NCBI GenBank assembly: GCA_023213395.1 | Contig: CM041465.1 | Span: forward strand, 192,207,741 to 192,271,740 | Reading direction: 5' to 3' | Length of the DNA stretch: 64,000 nucleotides | Source of the DNA: Cycas panzhihuaensis | Lineage: Eukaryota > Plantae > Cycadophyta | Shown here: positions 23,427-35,714 of the stretch, in pieces | How the letters are laid out: each line of letters opens with the position of its first letter | Position numbering within the stretch: position 1 is the first letter of the stretch | The notes under the pieces: model-generated | Database searches by the model: none | What the model was told of the DNA's origin: nothing | What the model saw: only the letters and a program-made list of their open reading frames with translations | Position numbers and translations under genes: made by a program

Positions 23427-25300
23427 ATGCCACCTAAGAGGCCTTCAAGGTCGGAGGAGCCCCAGAAGGATACTTCACCCAAGGAAAAGGAGACCAGCAG
23501 ACAAAGGGCATTAAGATGGTCGAAGGAAGCAAAACTCAGAAGGGCGAGGAGATTAAGTTCGCAAAATAACGAGACTAAGGGATAATCCGTTGAAGGATCT
23601 GAGGCAAGTGGAGCCCAAACACCTCAGGAAGAGGAAACTAATGGCGAATGCATGGTATTGACACTAGCCCTAATCAGAGATGATTTGTTTAGCCTGGAGA
23701 TTGAAGGGAAACCAAAAGTGGATGATAAACATCAAGAAACCTTAAAAGAGGGAAGTGTACCAGTGGAGGATAGTCTGAAGGATCCAAGTGACAGCGAAAA
23801 GAAGGCGGAGGAAGGTCCCTCGGCATATTGGGAGAATAAGCTAACGAGATAGCTTTTTGAAGATTCAATAGAAAGGGGATCTGATCAATCGTATATTACA
23901 GTGACACCATTGACTATACAAGTTCCAGGTGTAGTGGAACCCATACACATCAAAACTCCATTCAAGAATCCGCTATTTGGGAAAGATAATACAGCGATAG
24001 GCACTCCAAGTGCATCCCCGAAGGAGGGGAGAAAGAAAAAATCACCACCAGGTGGGGGACAGTTGCAATTTCCCAAAATGGATAATTATAGAGACTTTGG
24101 GAAACCGATTTTTAATGATACTTCAAACGCAACAGAGCATGTGTATCTCTTTCAGAATCTTATTGATGTAAAAAAGATCACAGACGAAGACGAAATCAAA
24201 GCATGATTTGCCTGTATGTTGAGAGGAGTACCCTTGGCATGGTACAAAGAAACAAACAAGAATGAGCCATGGGTTAAGCTTAAGAAAGCATTCGAGGAAA
24301 GATTTCAAAAGTTTTGCAGTAATGAAGCAGTGGAAATCGCATTAAAAGAAATCAGACAAAGGCCGGGAGAATCCGTCCTAACCTACATTAGCAAAATGAA
24401 AATCATTGTGGCCAGCATGATTAACGAGACGATAACAGATCACAATATGAAAAACTACTTTGTAAGAGGGTTGAATGAGAAATTAAGAGCCACGATGCAT
24501 GCTCATCCACTGAAATCGTTTAAGAATGCCCAAGATCTAGCGTTAGATTTTGAAATGGAAATGGACGCACAGGCAGGAGGACAAGACTCCCTGCTGCTGA
24601 GATTACAAGATGACATTAGAGAATTGAAGCAAAATCAGTATAACCGACCCTTGTTCTAGGTAGGGGTAGCAGAAGAGGAATCAGAGTTGGAAGCGTTAAG
24701 AAAAGAGGTGGCCAGATTAAAAATTAGAAATAATCGAGAAGAAGAAGAAATACTGAAAAAGAAAGATCATGTCGGAAGAATAACTAAATGGTGCCACATC
24801 TGTGAAGAGAATTCACATACCACCAAGGAATGTGAATTGAACTTAAAAAATAGAGTGTTGCACCAACAAGACAGATGGTGTCATATATGCGATGTTGATA
24901 CACATACAACCAAGGATTGTTTCTACAATTCAGGGGAAAGGCCTTCAGAGGATGAGGTAGGGGAAGGGGAGGCAACCCACCTCGGAATGTTTGTACAACG
25001 AGGGGCGCACAAGAGCCCTCGAGGAAAAAACCACCAATGGGTAGATGCCTCATCTATCTACAGTTTGGGCACTGGAAGTCAGAATGCCCAACAAAGCAAG
25101 AATATGAACAGAAGCCATTCGTATATAATAACTGTGGTCCAAGTGACCACAAAACAGAAGATTGCAAAGGAAAGGCTAAAGCGACCAACCTGATGACAAT
25201 CATACCGGAAACAAAAAATATCAAACTACAAAATAAACAGAAAGAGAAATTGAATGAAGGATATATGGATCCACTGACAGAAATGGATTGATACAGAAAA
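23427..25300 (+). pseudogene. gag: gag of Y (Retrotrans_gag domain, four CCHC-type knuckles)
   Basis: ATG 23427 (MPPKRPSR) in frame with ORFs 23652, 23901, 24216, 24687; LRGVPLAWY...WVKLKKAFEERF...IRQRPGESV; scattered stops; frameshift near 24930. Confidence 0.9.
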
Positions 25301-25316
25301 GCAAAACAAGTATTGT

Positions 25317-28300
25317 ATGGGTAAACCGGAGACCAAATACGTATATGTACGAAAAAATAAACAGAAGGAAAAAGAAAATCTACCAGAAGAACCTAAGGTG
25401 CAACCTCAAATGGTGCAAATGGAGGAACTTTTTAAAGGATTGCTAGTAGAGGATATTCCCAGAATGTTGATGCTAATGGAAAATTTGGTAAAGCAGCTAT
25501 AGTTGACCATTCCTCTATGTCAAGTTATCGATTGGATCAAAGGAGGAGTATTACAGCGGGGAATCACCAAGAGTCTGAAGCAAATCATACCATCGTTTGA
25601 TATGGATCCGATGGTAACCATGACAGTCTTGGGAGAAACATTACCACGGGTAATCGTTGATGGAGGCGCAGTAGTAAACGTGTTACCAGCTTCGACATGG
25701 CATAAACTGGGAAGCCCGAAGCTGGAAGCGGCAACCTATTCGTTGAAATTGGCTAACGAACTATTGGTACGACCTATGAGGAGATTGGCTGACATCAAGG
25801 TAGATGTGGCAAGGATAGTGGTGCGAATCGACTTCACAATCGTAGAAACGGAGAAAGGGGCAACACCCTATCCAGCACTCTTGGGGAAGCCATGGTTGTA
25901 TAAAACGTAATGCCTCCAGAATTGGAAGAATGTAACCTTCACATTATCAGACAATGGAAATAAAGTAGTATTGCCAATGCTAGGAAGAAGCTCGATTGAA
26001 ATGATTCCAGATGAGGGATCCAGTATAACGGTTACGAGCGACACAACATTCTCTTCCATTGGGGAAGAACATCTCTATCATACGGCAGAAGAGCCCACCA
26101 CATCAACCAATCACCAGCAAGAAGAACCGACATATTTTGAGAGATATACTGACTCTCTGGACGACGAACACGGTATGAGATTCGTGAATTACTGCTCACA
26201 GATGCGTGAAGTAAACTCTTCTTCTTATAGATGTAATTTGTTATCTAAATGTATATCTACAGACATTGATAATAATTCAGATTCTTTTGAATATATACTA
26301 ACTAACGATAGTTTAAGGGATGACAATAACCTAGACCAACAAACCCCTAGTTTATCTAATAATTTTTGTAGTTTTTTTGTAGTTAATAGTAATCCTAACA
26401 TCCCATCTACTTCAGGCGTGGGTCCTGAGGTAGATTCCTTATCCCCCTCCTTATTACAACCTGAGGAAGGAAGTAATATTCCTTCCTCCTCTTCCTTAGA
26501 GGTACACCCACCCAGCCACAGATCTCTTCTAATCATTGGCGCCAAAACCAAGGAAATGGAAGGAGGATTGCTGGTAAGTACTTCTAATGATTCTGGTCTA
26601 GATAGTAGAGTCATCATCCTAGAGGAAATAAACCATTAAATTTACATTGGGAACTATGTTAAACCATTCTATGGGGAGCAGTTATATGAGACTACCCATT
26701 TAACACATTGTGTTGAGTATTGGATGGAACATGGGAATTGGGATAAAACCCAATAGCAATAGGACTTAGTACTAACCTTACGAGGAAAAGCTTGGTACTA
26801 GTACCTATCCCACTGAGCCACTCTTAGAAATTGGAAGGATTTACAAACGATGTTTCGAATTCAATTCGATCATCCAACACAACTAACCATTTCAGTATTC
26901 TATGTAGGTCACAATCCTAGGGAACACATACATAAATGTAAAAAAAAATGGAGATCTTTAAGTATACCTAAACAGAATTTGCCTAACTATTTTTACCATA
27001 CCTTGGGAAGAGTAGCAAAGGACTGGTTCCTAGGGAAGGAACAAAATTTAGATGTGACATGGGAAAACTTAAAGAAATCCTTCATATAAACCTTTAAGCA
27101 TACTTCTCATAACAAAGAAATAGATAAAATCCTAAAACATATTAGAGTAATGAGTATAAAATTAGAACAAAACCTAACAGATCAAGAAGAGGTAGAATCT
27201 ACACATAGTGAAGAAGAAGAAGTTATGAACTATCCTACAGAATTTACAGAATTCAATGTTGGAGAAAGAAAGCTAGAAGACGCTCCAGGATACAAAACCG
27301 GAAATACAGAAGATGTGGATGTAACAAAGTTGAAAACTACAGAGATTAATGTTGGCAGTCATGCTAATCCTAAATTCATTTGAATTGGAAACTATTGGGA
27401 TCCTTAGACAGTAGTGGAAGCCCATCAGTTATTTGAGGAATTCCGTGACGTATTTGCATGGTCGTATAAGAACCTGAAAGGCATTCCTCCTGAGATAGGA
27501 ATGCATCACATTGACTTAGTGGAAGATGCGAAACCGGTGAAACAGAGGCCATACCGGATGAATCTGAGATATAAAGAAAAAGTGAAAGCTAAACTTGACA
27601 AAATGTTGGAAGCGGGTTATATTTATGAAATTGACTACAGTGACTGGGTGAGCCCTGTAGTAGTGGTTCCCAAGAAAAATAGAAAAATTTGCGTCTGTGT
27701 AGACTACAGACAGTTGAATAAGGTAACAAAGAAGGATCGATTCCCGTTACCTTTTACAGAGGATATTCTAGAAGCAGTGGGAGGAAATGAGATTTACTCC
27801 TTCACAGACGGATTCAACGAGTACAATCAAGTGCAGATTACCTCGAAGGATCAGGCAAAAACCACATTCGTAACAGAATGGGGAACATACACATACAAAG
27901 TGATGCCATTCGGTCTCACGAATGCACCAGCTACATTTTAGTGAATTGTAATTAATATCTTTCGGAAGTTTATTGGAGAAAAAGTTGTTGTATTCCTAGA
28001 CGATTGGACGTTGTATGGACTGATGAAAGATCACATGGAGAATCTGAGGGAAATGTTACAAACGTGCCGGGAAAACAAGTTGTGTCTCAATCCAGAAAAG
28101 TGTACCTTCCTGGTACCCTTTAGAAACTTATTAGGGCATATAGTCAGCAAGGAAGGATTGCTGACAGATCTAGCAAAAATATCTGCCATTCTGCACTTCC
28201 CCACGCCACTCACGAGAAAGCAACTGAAAGGTTTTTTGGGATTAACGGGATACTATAGAAAGTTTATCAGGGGGTATACATACATATCTGGACCTCTAGA

Positions 28301-30116
28301 AGAGTTGTTGAAAAAGAATATTGAATGGGCATGGATAGAAGAACAGCAACAAGCGTTCGAAACATTGAAACAAGCCATCGTAGCAGCACATATAATGCGA
28401 TTCCCAGATTGGAAGAAGACTTTTTACGTACATGTGGATGCATCGTAATATGCCATTGGATGCGTATTGGCACAAGCCAGTGACGATAAAACAGATCATC
28501 CAATCTACTTCGCCAGTCGAAAACTCACAAGAGCTGAGCAGAATTATACGACGACAGAGAGGGAAGCACTCGGCATGGTATACGCGTTGCAAAAGTTTCG
28601 ACACTATTTATTATCAAATCCATTCTTGTTTTCCGTTGATCACCAAGCGTTGATGTATTTGGTGAATAAACCGATTATGCGAGGACGAATCAGTAGGTGG
28701 TTGATGTTGTTTCAAGAATTTTCTTTCAAAGTCATTGTAAAACCCGACAAAGCCCATATTATCCCCGATCAGTTATCAAGAATTAAAAACAGAGAAAAAG
28801 CGACAGGGGTGCCAGACGATTTTCCAGATGCAGTTTTGTTCAGTGTGGAAGCCGTTCCAACGGACTGGTATGAGGGAATACCAGAATATCTAGCAATCGG
28901 AGAAATATCAGCAGAATTGGATCGTACGGGGAAAAGAAATTTTATCAGAAAACCGGAGCCATATCAACTCATCAATGGAGAGTCATACAAATTGGGGCCA
29001 GACGACGTGTTACGACGTTGTGTTTGACCGCACGAGATAAACCAGATCATGTCACAGGTACACGAAGGAGTAGCGGGTGGCCACATGGGGAAATTGGCCA
29101 CATGGCAGAAGATTTTGATGTCTGGGTTCTGGTGGCCGTCTATGTTCGAGGATGTCAAAAAGTGGATTCAAGCGTGCAACTATTGCCAACGGGTGGGGAA
29201 ACCTAATCGACAAGATTTCCAACCTTTACATCATATTTTACCTTTGGCACCATTTGAGAAATGGGGGCTCGACTTCATGGGGCGAATCAAACCAGCCGCG
29301 CGTAGATCGAAAGCTCGATACATCCTGGTGGCAACCGACTACACGACAAAGTGGGTAGAAGCGCGCGCGTTACGAAAAGCCGATGCAGAAAGCACAGCGA
29401 GATTTCTATATGAGGTAGTGATTACACGATTTAGATGCCCCTTGGAGATCGTAAGTGACCAAGGCGCCTACTTCCTCAATCAAACTATCGAAACACTGAC
29501 ATCAGCATTTATGATTAGCCATCGGAAATCTACTCCATACTACCCGAGAGCCAATGGTCAAGCAGAAAGTTTGAACAAGATAATCGAGAATTGCTTGCAG
29601 AAGATATGCGACATCGGCAGATCTAATTGGGCCGAGAAATTACCATCTGTGCTATGGGCATTTCGATCGACATACAAGAGGTCAATTGGATAGACTCCAT
29701 TCCAGCTTGTGTATGGCACAGAAGCCATCCTCTCAACAGAATTTGAGATACCCAGTCTACGAGTTGCGATGCAGTGTCGATTGGACGAACTCTAGTCTTT
29801 AGAACGACGATTAGAAGATTTAGTACGATTGGAAGAAAAACGACACATGGCAAACTGGTTGCAACATGTGGAGAAGTGGCAGCAAAAAGTATGGCACGAC
29901 CGCCATCTACGAAAACCTCAATTCAACGAAGGTGATCAAGTGTTGCTATACGACAGCAAATTCAAAACGCACACGGGTAAACTCAAGATGCAGTGGTTGG
30001 GACCATACATCGCAGAACGAATCTTTGAGAATGGATCGGTGCAGCTTCGAGAGATCGACGGACCTCTGCTACCAACTCGGGTAAACGGTAGCAGACTCAA
30101 GCCATATATTGAGTAG
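25317..30116 (+). pseudogene. pol: pol of Y: protease, long linker, RT, RNase H, integrase
   Basis: VIVDGGAVVNVL; DWVSPVVVVPKK, CVDYRQLNK, VMPFGLTNAPATF, FLDD; VHVDAS, NYTTTEREAL; H..GGH..C..C, WGLDFMG, IVSDQG, STPYYPRANGQAE, WLGPY; essentially one frame with isolated stops. Confidence 0.96.
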
Positions 30117-30340
30117 CCAGTTTACTAGTCGGATCAACTAGTTGTACCATATCGTATTGCATGACATTGAGGCACAACCAAATGCCTTGATACCTAGCCA
30201 TGATCCAGTTCGGTATGGATACAAAAAAGGAAAAAAAATTGGAAAAAAAATAAAAAACAACCATAAATCATCGCAGACATAAGTAACAACATCATAATCT
30301 GAGAAAATCAGAGGTAAATTCAACAGCATACAAGCAAAAT

Positions 30341-30760
30341 ACAATATACGTACCAAAAAGGTATGGTACCAGGTACGTACAGTTGAAAAAGTGATCAAAT
30401 TTAAAAAATACACTATACATACCAAGGAAATATATTGAAGTATACACAGTTTAAAAAAGTGACTCGAAATTACACTATACGTACCTGAAAAGTACGTAGT
30501 CAGGTACACACAATATAAACAAATTTTAAGTGGTTCAATTACATTATATGTACCTGAAAAGTATGCAGGCAGGTACGCACAGTGCAAAGAGAAGTAAGTT
30601 AAATAAACTACATTATACGTACCAAAAAAGTACGTAGTCAGGTATGCATAGTGGAAAATACACTCAAGTGCTCAGTTATATTCTATGTACCAAAAACGTA
30701 CGTAATCGAGTATGCATAATGGAAACTCTTAACACTATATGTGCCGAGGGCACGTATAAG
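30341..30760. repeat. Degenerate tandem array, ~7 units of ~62-69 bp, between pol and the extra ORF
   Basis: Core ACACTATACGTACC(T/A)..AAAGTACGTAGTCAGGTAC recurs near 30341, 30410, 30472, 30541, 30610, 30679, 30732. Confidence 0.85.
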
Positions 30761-31005
30761 ACAAAAATCTACAAAACGACAAATCATTGCGTACTTGTGA
30801 GCATTCATGTGTAGTACGCAGAGCAGAACGGACTCTGAAAAATTCGTCAGGCATCCGTATGGCACGAAACGCAAAGAATTCACTCCGGTACGCATCGCAG
30901 TACGTAAAGACATAAAAATGGCAAGCATTCCTTAGAGGTATGTACGTAGGGTTCCGGTTTGTACGCTTAGGTTACTTGTCTTATTTCTGGGACTCCACAG
31001 CCATC

Positions 31006-32008
31006 ATGAGGATAGTAGGGTACCAGGAGGCATACATACCTAAACTCAAGCAAGAGCTACAAGCCTTACCAGCTCAATTCCAGGCCAGGGTTAAACAAGC
31101 AGGTTGGGGAGACTACATCTACTGTAACCCTATGTATTATGATCCTGAACTCATGGACCAAATCCTAATAGCACTGAAGGAGGACAGTAAGAAGGCCAAA
31201 ATGGACGCAGACATAGTTCATACCATCACAAGGCTTCCAAATGAAGGAGAAGTTCCACTAGGAACCAAAAGACATCATGGATGTTAGACTTTAGTGGGTG
31301 GCCAAAGTGATCAATTCCAGGATTTTGTCCAAACGGAAGTACACCTACATTCAGGGAGGCATGATGCAGGTGTTGTTAAAAAGTCGGGATGGCGAAAAGC
31401 TGAATTGGTCTGAATTCTTGGCAGAGAATATGAGGCAGCAGCTCAAGGAGATTAGGACACACCCATTCCGACATCCCTCCTTGCTTTTGGCCATTCTATT
31501 CTATCAGTGTCCAGAGGTGCAGCTGACTAGGACTACTATCTCTCCTCGGGAGCCAATCATCAAATAGTGGGCAACAGAATTTTCAGACACAGTGAATAGC
31601 CCAGAAGCAAAGAGAAAAGTACAAAGACAAATGCAAAAAGTACTTACCTGGTTACAGAAGACACCAGGCACACCCATTCCCCTTCGGACAAAACAGGTTG
31701 TCCATAGACGAGGTAAGAGGAAGAAGGGAGAAGAAGAATTAGAGGAGGAGGAAGAAGAAGCAAAAGCCTCCTGGGAAGAATGGGAAGACTTCCCTCAGGC
31801 AACAGAGGCAGGGGAACCTTCAGCACCTCCTACACCACAGGACAAAGCAGGACCCATCATTCAATTAATTCAGGAGATGGAGGAAGGGTATAAGGTTGAG
31901 ATAGCCGCCCTTCAAGACAAAATAAAAGAGAATGATGCTATTATTGCCACCCTGACACAGATAAATGAAGAGATTTTGGGAGGACAAAGGCATCAGGAGT
32001 CGCCTTGA
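31006..32008 (+). pseudogene. 3' extra ORF of Y (env-position ORF, unknown function; acidic and coiled-coil C-terminus)
   Basis: ATG 31006 just after acceptor-like TTGTCTTATTTCTGGGACTCCACAG (31000); frameshift ~31270 and isolated stops; homologue in D. Confidence 0.8.
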
Positions 32009-32103
32009 GATAGAGCGGGGGAGGGATACCCCAAAATTTTAAAAATTTTTAGAGTTTTGTTGAGCAAGGATGCTCAAACCCATAATTGTTGACCCGGGAT
32101 AGA

Positions 32104-32929
32104 TGTTGGAGTATAAAATGATCCTATGGCTGTGAGAGGACCAAAGGTAGGTCAGGCAACCTGAGTTGTGTAGGTATGGACCATACGGAGGTACGCACGA
32201 GGCAAAATGACAGAGAAATCAACATTCTGGGTACGTATGACAGGTGCGTACCTAAAACGAATACGTATGACAGATACGTACCAACGACGGAACATAACTG
32301 AGCAGAAGCGGTACGCATGACTCAAAGGGACCAGTGAAGGTTTGTGGAGTTGTCAGACGTGCATACAGACGTACGGATATAAAGAATAATTAATTAAGTG
32401 TCTAAACAAGTGACTAATGAAAGGGTACGTATGACTGAAGAATACGATTATGACGGTCATAACCCTTCAGCCAAAAGGTACCAACATGAGTACTTAAGGA
32501 GGTACGCATGAACCACCAGGTTAGGGTAAGAGCTGACTATCAAAGGTACGCAAAGGTGTGGAAACCAGCACGTATGACAACCAGTTGGAGTAGCATTGTA
32601 TGATAAGTACCATCTGGGTATGCATATGTAACAGAAGGAATGTATGCTGCTGGAATGCATTCCAGCCTCTGTGTAATTAAACTGATTACTTAATAAAAGG
32701 AAGAGTTACGTGGAAAATGGTGTATTCTTTGTGTTGTGATGATGAATTGCTGAGTATGTGTTGATTTCTGTACTGTTGTGTACCATTGTGGTAGAATTCT
32801 GTGAAATATATGTGGAATGTATGTGAATGACCATGTTGACAGTATCCTGAACTAGACTATAGCACTGTGTAACCTTGACAAGTGTAAGAGGTATCTTGTA
32901 AGTGTAATAAGATACCCCCTAAGTCAACA
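32104..32929 (+). repeat. 3' LTR of Y (826 bp)
   Basis: Matches 22463-23286; followed by TSD GTATT. Confidence 0.97.
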
Positions 32930-35714
32930 GTATTCTACCTCAAAACATAATAAATAAACATTATATTATTTCTTGTTACTCCAAGTGACAACAACAAAAC
33001 CTATACAAAAGCAATAACTTGAAGTGGACCTTCTACTATTGTCACATCTAACCTAATCAAAATCTGAATATCTTGTTAGCCTAAAATTATCTTCTTGGCT
33101 AAACTCCAATATTAAGTACAATGTCTCTTACAAATATTTTGGGATCCTCTTTGCAATGGCTCTACTTTGATTTAGCCATGAACCTCAATATCATATCAAC
33201 TATAAAGAAAATATTAAGCCTAGTAGTAGTCAAATAGATTAAACTACCAACTAATTATTTAAGCATTGTGACACTAACTTGCTCCTTATCATTATCTAGA
33301 TCTATCAATTTTAAGTTTGTTTCCATAAGATTATATATAGGTTTATAATTCTCCATTTTAAATCTCTTCATAATTTTCCTGACATACTCAATTTATGAAA
33401 TGAAATTTTTTCTAGGCTTTTGCCACACTTTCACCCCTAAAAAGTAGTGGAATAAACCAAGATCTATCATCTCAAATGTCCTCTTAAGATCATCCTTTAG
33501 GTCTTCAACCTTTGAGGTGGCATTCTCTATGATTACAAGATTATCTATATATAATACTATAAAGATGACTAAATTTCCTTCAACTTTGATATATAGGTTT
33601 GGATCTGTTACTGATCTCTCAAACCTCTTATCTAGAAAATACTGATTGATCTTAGAATACCAAGCTCTTGAAACTTATTTAAGGCTATACAAAGCTTCCT
33701 TCTTTAAATGACATACTAAATGCTCTTTGCCCTTAGAAGCATATTTAAATGGTTGCTTCATATAAGCCTCCTTTGCAAAATCTCCATTAAGGAAGGAACT
33801 TTTAACATCGAGTTAGTGTAACTGTCATTTGAACTGTGTAGTTATTGCTAATATCACTTGGGGAATCTTTTAATAGGGGGAGCGACCTCAAACTACATAT
33901 CTAACTGTGACTCAAGAATTTTCATATTCCTCTTTAATTTCTTCCTACTCCTTCGACTCAGTCTTAGGCTCAACAAACTATTGTCTTGAAGAACTAGATT
34001 TAGGCTATTCCTTAATCAATTTCCCTTTGTCTTGCCAAATCTTCAAAGTGTCTAGGTTCTAATCTTAATATAAAACTTATTTCTCTACCTCTTTTAAAAT
34101 AATGTCCCAAGTTGTATGTACCTTCTTAGATACTAATTCATATACATGGTATGCTTTTATCTGTTCATTGTATCCTATGAGAATGCACTTAGAACTTTTA
34201 TCATTAAATTTTAGGCATTTTTCTTTTAAAACATGCATATATAATGCTTTTAAAGATTCTGAAATGGTTGACTATAGGCTTATATCTTGACCATTCCTTT
34301 TTAGGTGTCTTATTCTCTACAACTTTAGTTATACTCCTATTAGTTAGGTATGTTATTGTACAAATAACTTCTTTCCAAAAGATATATGAGAGGTTCTTAA
34401 CCTTTGTCATCGACTTTAACTTATCAACTAATGTTTTGTTCATATTCTTAACTACTCCATTTTGTTGAGGGGTGTATGTGGTCAGTAACTGCTTCTTTGT
34501 TCCATGATCCGTTCAACATTGAAAAAAGGCTTTGGAGGTGTATTCTCCCCCATTAATGAACTTTAGCATCCTAATATTTTATTTACTTCCATTCTCCACT
34601 TTCGCTTTGAACTCCTTAAATATTTTGAATGTTTAAAATTTCTCATTCAAAGAATAAACCTAGACTTTCTTAGGAAAATCAATAAAGGTCAAGAAATATC
34701 TTGCAACTCAAAGTGAAGTAGTTGGCATAGGGCAATAGATGTTAGAGTGGATCAGGATTAGCTTTTCAATTACCCTCCAAGCCTTACCTTTAGGAAACTT
34801 CTCTCTGTGCTATTTTCCATAAAGGTAGGGTTCATAAATACCCTTTTCTGCCTTGAATATTGGGAGATCATACACCATATTTAATTTGTTCATCAAATCA
34901 AGTCCAAAGAAGTGTAGACACCCCAATCTTTCATGCCATAATTGAATCTTATGTGATATGTCTATAGTTAAATACATTTTTTGGTTTATAAACTTACCTA
35001 AAAGCCTATAAACACAATTATCCCTTATACCTCTCACAATTATATTTCCATCACAATCACTAATAATAGCCCTCCCATATTTAAATAGGATACTCATCCT
35101 ATTGCCCTCTATCTTACAGATATAAATCAAGTTCATTTTTAATCTTGGCATGTATAACATGTCCTCCATAAAATAATCATCACAATCATGAGTTATTGTA
35201 AGGATCCACCCTATGACCTTGATGGTTAACACTTTATTATATCCCAAAACCATTGTGTGTCTAATGGTTTTCCATATATGCCTAAAGCATTCAAGCCTTC
35301 TTGACATGTGCTTGGAAGCATCTAAGTCGATGCACCAAACATTATTGGACCTTCTTTCATGCACTTCCATATTTCTCTGATTATTCCTATAATGTTGACC
35401 AACCTATAATAGTTTACAATTTCTTTTAATATGTCTTAGCTAATTACAATTATGGCAGGTCCTCTAAAGCAGTTTATCAAAATAGGAAAATATTTATTTT
35501 CCACACATTTATAATGTTAAAATACAATAAAATAATCACAATCACAAGAATACAATGGGGAATAAATAGTCGTTAAATAACATACATACTTTTAATTAAA
35601 AAGTATTAACTATGGGGTCCTCAGTCACTTCAAAGAGTGCCAACAAAATAAAGAAAACCTGCAGTCACCATGCAGGGAGCCGAAATCCTCTCATATGACT
35701 ATGTTTATCATGTA

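Larger units (their letters stand above)
22463..32929 (+). mobile_element. Near-complete non-chromovirus Ty3/Gypsy (Athila/Tat-like) element Y with 3' extra ORF
   Basis: LTRs 22463-23286 and 32104-32929; perfect TSD GTATT; PBS; domain order gag-PR-RT-RH-INT; no chromodomain; inserted in the RNase H region of B. Confidence 0.97.

Noticed and set aside
26574-26579. Strong donor G|GTAAGT as start of the PR-RT intron
   Set aside because: Phase 0, incompatible with the phase-1 acceptors at 27240/27249; splicing would frameshift RT
26225-26617. 130-aa antisense ORF in the Y linker, and other antisense ORFs over gag-pol
   Set aside because: Shadow of a low-complexity sense frame; no motif support
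30341-30760. CRISPR-like repeat-spacer array
   Set aside because: Eukaryotic retroelement context, degenerate units without unique spacers, no cas genes
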